This document shows, piece after piece, positions 56,974-64,000 of a stretch of DNA of 64,000 nucleotides (position 1 is its first letter; each line of letters begins with the position of its first letter). The notes under the pieces are model-generated. The model did not search any database, had not been told where the DNA came from, and saw only the letters and a list, made by a program, of their open reading frames with translations. The position numbers were made by a program, and so were the translations under genes. Source of the stretch: Capsulimonadaceae bacterium (GTDB lineage: Bacteria > Armatimonadota > Armatimonadia > Armatimonadales > Capsulimonadaceae); assembly GCA_965215505.1 (NCBI GenBank), contig OZ244065.1, positions 2,560,001 to 2,624,000 on the forward strand, read 5' to 3'.

Positions 56974-59169
56974 TCACCGCCCAGCCGCCAGCGTCGCCGT
57001 CGGGGCGGGCAGGACGGCGGGTGGGGCGGAGGCTTGGGCGGTGGAGACGCCCTTCTCGCCGGGCGCGGGCGGGGCGATGCGCCACATTCCGTAGCACTGG
57101 CCGTTCACCCAGGCTTCGCGCGTGACGGGGTGAACGCGGATGGCGGAAACCTCGTGCGGGCCGTCGGCGAGGCCGGGGCGGAGGGGCGTGGTGACGGTCA
57201 GGTTCTCCCAGGTTTGGCCGCCGTCGAGGGAGCGGCAGACGGTGGATTTGTCGGCGTAGGTGTTGCGCGGGCCGCCGACGTAGACGACATTCGGGGCCTG
57301 CGGGTCGGTCGCCACTGTCCACACGCGGCTGTTGCCGAACTGGTCGCGGGGCGTGTCCAGGGTGGTCCAGGCGGTGCCGTCCCAGACCTTCAGCTTGTCC
57401 GACGAGGCGGCGTAGACCCGGTGCGCCTTCTCGTCTACGGCCAGGTCGGTCAGGCCGCCTTCCACGTCGGCGACCTTTTGCCAGGTCGCGCCGTGGTCGG
57501 CGGAGCGCACGACGCTGTCCCCCTTCTTGCCGTAGAGCGCCTGGGTGATGGGGCCGGAGATGAACACGCCGTCGCAGCCCGGCATCGGCAGCCAGGTCAG
57601 GCCCTTGTCGCCGGAGCGGAGGTTTGAGGCGAACAGGACGTTCGCGTCGGCGGGGTCACTCAGGGAGACGTCCGGGCCGGAGAAGGCGAGCGGCTTGCCG
57701 CCGGGGCCGGGGACGAACGCCCAGGTCTTGCCAGCGTCGCGCGACAGGCGCAGGCGGCGGGGGGGACCCCAGGATTCGGAATCGCCGCACCACATCACCT
57801 GGGCGTCCACGGCGTGCGCGCCGTACTCCTGGCCGCCCCAGCCCTTGCCGGAGATGTCCCGGTAGTTCCAGGTCTTACCGCCGTCGGTCGTGAACGCGCC
57901 GTTGTAGTCCTGGAAGCCGAGGAAAACGGTGTCGGGGGCGTGCGCGCTGAAGTTGAACAGGCCGCCGACCATGACGCCGTTGTAGCCGTTGTTGGACCAG
58001 TGAAAGGTCTTGCCGCCGTCAACCGACTTCGTCACCCAGTCCCCGCCCAGGCTGTAGGCGACGTTCGGGTCGGACGGACTCCAGGTGGCGTACCCCTGGC
58101 GGGCATTGTACGGCAGGGCGGCGTTCGCGCTGTCCAGGGTCACTTTCGCGAACGTCGCGCCGCCGTCCTGAGAGACGTAGCGCGTCCACTGCCAGTTGTC
58201 GCCGGCCACCCAGCAGAGCATCCGGCGCGGGTCGGCGGGCGAGACGGCGAGGTTCTGGACGGGCTTGCCGCCCAGGGTGTCCAGCCCGGCGCAGGCCAGG
58301 GCGGTCCAGGTCTTGCCGCCGTCGCGCGAAACGGCGGCTCGGTCCGCGCCGCTCGCGTAGACCGCGCCATCCGGCGCGAGCGACAGGCCGAAGGTGTCGG
58401 ACTCGCGGACGTGCGCCCAGGTCTGCCCTTTGTCGCGCGACAGGAAGACGCCGCCCGCGCCGCCGATCCAGACCGCCCCCGTTTGACCATTCACGGCCAG
58501 GCTCGCGGTTAGCCCGCCGCCCGCCGTCCAGTCCCGGTCCTTGATGCCGGGCGTCGGGCCGTCCCCGAGCCGCGCCCAGGACGCCCCGCCGTCGTCCGAC
58601 CGGAACAGGCCCTGGTGGGGGGCGAGGTAGTAGGCGGTCAGGCAATAGCCCCGCGTTGTGCTGTAGGAATGGGCGTCGTAGGCGACGGCCCCGCCGACGC
58701 CGGGTGTCGCAGACAGGACGTGCCGCCAGGACGCGGCCTTGTCTGTGGACAGGTACAGGCCGTGCGGGGAGGGTCCCCAGCCCCCATTCCACTCCATCGA
58801 GTTGCTGGCGACGCCGATGGCCCGGCGGGCGTTCTTGGGGTCAATGGCGAAGGCATTCGCGCCGCGCGCGTCCCACCCCACCATGCTGACCTCCCAGTGC
58901 GCGCCGCCGTCGAGACTGCGGTACAGGCCGCCGACATCAATGGGCAACAGCAGGAAGTTGGGGTCGGCGGGCGAGACGGCGACCGGCCCGCGCGGCCACT
59001 GCGCCCCCTCGCCGCCGGGGAAGACCCCCGCCGCCTTGGCCTGGGGCGTGAGGATGGGCATCTTGGTCCAGTGGGGGACGAAGGCGGGGGGCGGCGCGGG
59101 AGGCGCGGCGAGGGCGGGGGTGAGTGTCAGCCCCAGCAGCGCCATCGAGAGTGCAAGTGTCGCGTTCAT
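56974..59169 (-). CDS. Secreted BNR/Asp-box beta-propeller protein (GH74/sialidase/VPS10-like)
   Basis: Signal peptide; DVGGLYRSLDGG; more than ten S/TxDxGxT/SW Asp-boxes. Confidence 0.85.
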   Translation of the reverse strand: MNATLALSMALLGLTLTPALAAPPAPPPAFVPHWTKMPILTPQAKAAGVFPGGEGAQWPRGPVAVSPADPNFLLLPIDVGGLYRSLDGGAHWEVSMVGWDARGANAFAIDPKNARRAIGVASNSMEWNGGWGPSPHGLYLSTDKAASWRHVLSATPGVGGAVAYDAHSYSTTRGYCLTAYYLAPHQGLFRSDDGGASWARLGDGPTPGIKDRDWTAGGGLTASLAVNGQTGAVWIGGAGGVFLSRDKGQTWAHVRESDTFGLSLAPDGAVYASGADRAAVSRDGGKTWTALACAGLDTLGGKPVQNLAVSPADPRRMLCWVAGDNWQWTRYVSQDGGATFAKVTLDSANAALPYNARQGYATWSPSDPNVAYSLGGDWVTKSVDGGKTFHWSNNGYNGVMVGGLFNFSAHAPDTVFLGFQDYNGAFTTDGGKTWNYRDISGKGWGGQEYGAHAVDAQVMWCGDSESWGPPRRLRLSRDAGKTWAFVPGPGGKPLAFSGPDVSLSDPADANVLFASNLRSGDKGLTWLPMPGCDGVFISGPITQALYGKKGDSVVRSADHGATWQKVADVEGGLTDLAVDEKAHRVYAASSDKLKVWDGTAWTTLDTPRDQFGNSRVWTVATDPQAPNVVYVGGPRNTYADKSTVCRSLDGGQTWENLTVTTPLRPGLADGPHEVSAIRVHPVTREAWVNGQCYGMWRIAPPAPGEKGVSTAQASAPPAVLPAPTATLAAGR

Positions 59170-59175
59170 GCACCG

Positions 59176-59204
59176 ATTTTATCAGCGTGGCGGGATTTTG
59201 TCAA
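59176..59204 (-). promoter_or_regulatory. Sigma70 promoter, probably leaderless transcript
   Basis: TTGACA-N17-TAAAAT (extended TG); the ATG is 6 nt downstream. Confidence 0.75.
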
Positions 59205-59258
59205 GGCGGGCGGTTGAAACCGCGCCATGCGGTTCGGGCCGCGTCGGGCCATGCGGTC

Positions 59259-59358
59259 CGGGCCGTGCCGCGTCGGGCCGTGCCGCGTCGGGCCGTGCCG
59301 CGTCGGGCCGTGCCGCGTCGGGCCGTGCCGCGTCGGGCCGTGCCGCGTCGGGCCGTGC
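59259..59358. repeat. 15-bp tandem repeat (VNTR)
   Basis: CGGGCCGTGCCGCGT x6 plus a partial copy, with no spacers. Confidence 0.95.
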
Positions 59359-59495
59359 GTTGAAACGCACGGCTAGACGGCGAAGACGCCACGAAGTACC
59401 GCTTCGCGGCACTAGGAACGACCATCCTTAGCCCCGCGAAGCGCGGGCTTGTCGGCGTCCGCGCCGTTTAGCCGTGCGTTTCAACGCATGGTCCC
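59350..59495. repeat. REPIN/MITE-like long inverted repeat (GTTGAAAC-loop family)
   Basis: Arms 59350-59416 and 59426-59495 are imperfect reverse complements, each with a CCRTGCGTTGAAACGCACGG hairpin. Confidence 0.85.
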
Positions 59496-59505
59496 GCACC
59501 CCATT

Positions 59506-59534
59506 TTGTAATGCGCCGCCCCGCGTGGTATAAT
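59506..59534 (+). promoter_or_regulatory. Promoter of the peptide ABC operon
   Basis: TTGTAA-N17-TATAAT with extended TG. Confidence 0.75.
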
Positions 59535-59587
59535 AGCCCAATCTTTCCGCGCGCATCGTGCCGCATCCCGACAGGAGTGACCTTCTT

Positions 59588-61207
59588 TTGACCTCCCGCT
59601 TTCGCCTGACCCCTCTGCTGCTGATCGCCACGGGCCTGACCCTCGCCGCCGGCTGCGGCCACAAGGACGGCGCGGCCACGGGCGGCACGGGCAACGTCTT
59701 CCGCTACCCGATCAAGACCTCGCCCACGACTTTTGACCCCGCCATGGTGCAGGATGGGGACACGATTGACCTGCTCCAGCAGGCATTTGAAGGGCTGGTG
59801 CAGTGGTCGCCGGATAATAAAGTCGTGCCGTGCCTGGCCGCCAAGTGGGACGTGAGCAAGGACGGCCTCACTTACACCTTCCACCTGCGCCCGAATGTCA
59901 AGTTCCAGGATGGGGCATCCGTTTCCGCCTCGGACGTGGCGTACTCCATGACGCGCGCGCTTAACCCGAAGCTCGGCTCGCCGGTCGCCCTCAACTATTT
60001 GGGAGACATCGTGGGGGCCAAAGAGGTCAGCACGGGCAAGGCGGCGGACCTGAAGGGCGTCAAGGTGGTTGACCCTATGACGGTCGCCATCACGATCACC
60101 AAGCCCAAAGCCTACTGGATCTACACGCTGACCTACCCCACCGACTATGTGGTGTCCAAGGCCGAGGCGCGGCCCGACGCCGCCCTGACCGACGCGGACC
60201 TTGCCAAAGGGCCGGGGACGGGGCCGTTCAAGGTGACGAACTATGTGCGCGACTCCAAAGTGACCCTCGCCGCGAACCCCGCGTATTGGGACGGGGCACC
60301 GAAGATCGCGGGCATCGAGCGGCCCGTCGTGGTGGATGCCGGGACGCGGCACGACATGTACGTCAAGGGCGACGTGGACATGCTCCAGTTCGTCTCGCCG
60401 GGCGACCTGGACAACGACGCCAAGGACCCCGCCTTGAAGGACCAGGTGAAGCTGTTCCCCCGCGCTGCCACCTACTACATCGGCCTGAACCAGAAGGCGT
60501 ACCCGGCCTTCAAGGACGTGCGCGTCCGGCAGGCCCTGGCCTACGCCACCGACAAGCAGAAGATCATCCAAGTGGTCTTCGCGGGCAAGCGCGATCTGGC
60601 CGAGGACATCCTGCCCAAAGGCATCCCCGGCTTCGACCCCGCCTTCAAGGGCCTGCCCTATGACCCGGCCAAGGCCAAAGCCCTGCTGGCGGCGGCGGGC
60701 TACCCGAACGGGAAGGGCCTGCCGCCCGTCCCAGTCTTCTACCGCCAGTCCCAGCCCGAGCTGCAAAAGACGGTCGCCCTGGTCCAGCAGATGTGGAGCG
60801 ACAATCTGGGCGTCGAGGTCAAGGCCCAGGTGACCGAATGGGGTTCCATGCTCGACCAGGAGAACAAGAACGCGCTCCCGTGCTACCACATGCGCTGGGC
60901 CGCCGACTATCTGGACCCCCAGGACTATTATTCGGTCCTGCTGCGGACGGCGGCCCCCGAGGACCATGTCGTCTACTCCAACCCCAAGTTCGACGCCCTC
61001 TGCGACGCCGCCGATGTCTCGCAGAACCCCGCGCAGCGCAGCGCCCTCTACCGCCAGGCCGCCCGCATCGCCGCCGACGAGGTGCCGATGATCCCGCTCT
61101 ACTACCAGCAGGACGTCGAGCTGATCAAGCCCGGCGTCTCCGGGATTGATGACGGCCTGATGGGACACCTCCCGTACAAACACCTCACCCTCGCAACGGC
61201 GCGATAG
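59588..61207 (+). CDS. Peptide ABC transporter substrate-binding lipoprotein (family 5)
   Basis: Lipobox LAAGC; LAAKWDVSKDGLTYTFHLRPNVKFQDG; GTGPF; WAADYLDP. TTG start after AGGAG. Confidence 0.93.
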   Translation: MTSRFRLTPLLLIATGLTLAAGCGHKDGAATGGTGNVFRYPIKTSPTTFDPAMVQDGDTIDLLQQAFEGLVQWSPDNKVVPCLAAKWDVSKDGLTYTFHLRPNVKFQDGASVSASDVAYSMTRALNPKLGSPVALNYLGDIVGAKEVSTGKAADLKGVKVVDPMTVAITITKPKAYWIYTLTYPTDYVVSKAEARPDAALTDADLAKGPGTGPFKVTNYVRDSKVTLAANPAYWDGAPKIAGIERPVVVDAGTRHDMYVKGDVDMLQFVSPGDLDNDAKDPALKDQVKLFPRAATYYIGLNQKAYPAFKDVRVRQALAYATDKQKIIQVVFAGKRDLAEDILPKGIPGFDPAFKGLPYDPAKAKALLAAAGYPNGKGLPPVPVFYRQSQPELQKTVALVQQMWSDNLGVEVKAQVTEWGSMLDQENKNALPCYHMRWAADYLDPQDYYSVLLRTAAPEDHVVYSNPKFDALCDAADVSQNPAQRSALYRQAARIAADEVPMIPLYYQQDVELIKPGVSGIDDGLMGHLPYKHLTLATAR

Positions 61208-61232
61208 TTCCGACCCGACAGAAAGACGTGCC

Positions 61233-62963
61233 ATGTTTCGCGCATTCGGGCGAGGGGTTGAAAACCCTCTCGCTAGGAGAAGCACCCTCCGGGTGTGGGA
61301 GGGGGTTTCTCGTCGTCCGCAGGACGCCCCTCCTAGCGAGCGGTTTTCAACCGCTCGTCTCATCTTCGCTCCCTTGCTCCCCGCCGCCCTGCTGGCACTG
61401 ACCGGCTGCGGCCACCACGGCGGCACGTCCGCCGGCGCGGGGGGCGGGAACGTCCTGCACGTCGCCATGGCGACCGCCCCCGTCACCTTCGACCCGGCCA
61501 TGTGCCAGGACGTCGAGACCACCCAGATGCTCCAACAGACCTATGAAGGGCTGGTGCAGTACGGCCCGAAAAATACGGTCGTTCCGTGTCTCGCCGAGAA
61601 GTGGGACGTGAGCAAGGACGGCCTCACCTATACCTTCCACCTGCGCCCCGCGACCTTCCAGAACGGCATGCCCGTCACTGCCGATGACGTGGCGTTTTCG
61701 CTGCGCCGCGCCCTGGACCCCAAGCTGTCCTCTCCCGTCGCCGCCCAATACCTCGGGGACATCGCGGGCGCTCTGGACGTCTTCAACGGCAAGGCGACCG
61801 ACCTGAAAGGCGTGAAAGTCGTTGACCCGAAGACGGTCGCCATTACCATCACCAAGCCCAAGGCCTACTGGGTGGACACGCTCACCTACCCGACCGGATG
61901 GGTCGTCTGCAAGGCCATCGCCGTCAAGGACGGGACGAACCCGATGACCGAGGCCGATGCGGAGGCCGGCGCGGCGAGCGGGGCGTTCAAGATCACCCGC
62001 TTCCTGAAAGACCAGGAAGTAGACATGGACGCCAACCCGCACTACTGGGATGGTGCGCCGAAGATCGCCGGGCAGGTGGAGCGCGTCCTGCTCGACCCGA
62101 CCACGCGCCACGCCGAGTTCGCCGACGGGCAGATCGAGGTCATGCGCGCCCTGCAAGTGGGGGACCTGGACAGCGACCGCAAGGACTCGAAGCTCAAGGA
62201 CCGGATCAAGATCTGGCCGCGCGCCGGCATCAACTATCTCGGGCTGAACGAGGCCGTTTACCCGCCCTTCAAAGACCCGCGCGTCCGGCAGGCCTTCGCC
62301 TATGCCACCGACAAGCAGAAGATCATCAGCGTCGTGACCGAGGGCGTCTACCCCGCCGCCCCGGACCTGCTGCCGGCGGGCATTCCGGGCGGCGACCCGG
62401 ACTACAAGGGCATCCCTTATGATCCGGAGAAGGCGAAGCAACTGCTGGCGGCGGCGGGCTTCCCCGGCGGGCGCGGGCTGCCCCCGCTGGAGGTCTACGG
62501 CAACGAGAAGAACCCACTGTCGGAGAAGACCGTGGACGTCCTGCGCCAGATGTACGGCACGACTTTGGGCGTCCCCATCAGCGTCCGTCAGATGGAACTC
62601 GGCTCATTAATCGCCGCCATCAACAAGAATACGACCGTCCCGTGCTTCGTCCTGGGCTGGTACGCTGATTATCTAGACCCGCAGGACTTTTACAGCCTGC
62701 TGCTGTCCTCGCAAAGTCCCGAGAACCACACCGGCTACCGCAACCCGACTTTTGATGCCCTCTGCACCCGCGCCGACACCGAGCAGAACCCGGCCGCCCG
62801 GACCGCCCTGTACCGTAAGGCGGCGCAGATCGCCGGGGCCGAGCCGGACCGCATCCCGCTCTACTACGCCGTAGACCCCGAGCTGATCAGCCCGCGCGTC
62901 CAGGGGCTGGAGGACTGCCTGATGGGGCACCTGCCCTACAAGCGGCTGACGCTGACCCACTGA
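61233..62963 (+). CDS. Second peptide ABC substrate-binding lipoprotein (paralog)
   Basis: Lipobox LTGC; same family-5 motifs; N-terminus extended by a repeat insertion. Confidence 0.92.
   Translation: MFRAFGRGVENPLARRSTLRVWEGVSRRPQDAPPSERFSTARLIFAPLLPAALLALTGCGHHGGTSAGAGGGNVLHVAMATAPVTFDPAMCQDVETTQMLQQTYEGLVQYGPKNTVVPCLAEKWDVSKDGLTYTFHLRPATFQNGMPVTADDVAFSLRRALDPKLSSPVAAQYLGDIAGALDVFNGKATDLKGVKVVDPKTVAITITKPKAYWVDTLTYPTGWVVCKAIAVKDGTNPMTEADAEAGAASGAFKITRFLKDQEVDMDANPHYWDGAPKIAGQVERVLLDPTTRHAEFADGQIEVMRALQVGDLDSDRKDSKLKDRIKIWPRAGINYLGLNEAVYPPFKDPRVRQAFAYATDKQKIISVVTEGVYPAAPDLLPAGIPGGDPDYKGIPYDPEKAKQLLAAAGFPGGRGLPPLEVYGNEKNPLSEKTVDVLRQMYGTTLGVPISVRQMELGSLIAAINKNTTVPCFVLGWYADYLDPQDFYSLLLSSQSPENHTGYRNPTFDALCTRADTEQNPAARTALYRKAAQIAGAEPDRIPLYYAVDPELISPRVQGLEDCLMGHLPYKRLTLTH
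61251..61357. repeat. REPIN-like inverted repeat inside the 5' end of the second binding-protein gene
   Basis: CGAGGGGTTGAAAACCCTCTCGCTAGGAG ... CTCCTAGCGAGCGGTTTTCAACCGCTCG. Confidence 0.85.
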
Positions 62964-62973
62964 AGACATTACT

Positions 62974-63903
<930 letters not shown>

Positions 63904-63907
63904 ACCG

Positions 63908-64000
63908 ATGAGCATCACACTGGAACAAGAGCGCGAGGAGTTGATGGAGCTGGGGGAGGCTGCGCCGAGTCCGACCCGGCAGGTCTGGCACCAGATGCGC
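63908..64000 (+). CDS. Second permease (OppC/DppC-like), 5' fragment
   Basis: ATG 4 nt after the previous stop with GGAGG upstream; MSITLEQ...SPTRQVWHQMR; operon position. Confidence 0.7.
   Translation, partial: MSITLEQEREELMELGEAAPSPTRQVWHQMR

Noticed and set aside
59208-59495. CRISPR array (GTTGAAAC / GTTTCAAC resemble CRISPR repeat ends)
   Set aside because: Motifs are inverted rather than direct, the 15-mers have no spacers, and no cas genes are present.

Overview
GC-rich bacterial chromosomal window. The gene repertoire (BlaI/M56 pair, XisH/XisI, GxGYxYP, many secreted glycan-active proteins) resembles a soil lineage such as Armatimonadota, but that is inference only. About 45 genuine genes are present; most long ORFs in the track are antisense shadows. 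Main content, left to right: a partial TolB/PD40 propeller gene, an MFS transporter, a Gfo/Idh/MocA oxidoreductase, a BlaI-M56 module with twin operators, several small TA-like pairs (two with frameshifted toxins), and a GH31 + GxGYxYP pair. Next come a lower-GC signalling cassette (APC permease-HAMP-PAS-histidine kinase fusion, receiver, HD-GYP regulator) and a fully translationally coupled polysaccharide operon (GH44, Wzy-like, AT3-acyltransferase::Wzx fusion, GTs). These are followed by queA, a nitrite/sulfite reductase, a DsrL/GltD-like flavoprotein, an A-type Fe-S carrier, an Mrr-like nuclease, an S9 peptidase, RecQ, a BNR-repeat protein and an Opp/Dpp ABC operon. The most notable structure is the last 47 bp of the nitrite/sulfite reductase gene, which occur twice (36747-36793 and 39627-39673) with nearly all differences synonymous. 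The two copies bracket an integrase-less low-GC cassette encoding an orphan 812-aa protein with HEPN-like motifs, followed by an ABC-ATPase/TOPRIM-like pair: a candidate defence hotspot. A family of GTTGAAAC-loop palindromic repeats has also inserted in frame into two coding sequences. No rRNA, tRNA, CRISPR array, integrase or transposase was recognised.
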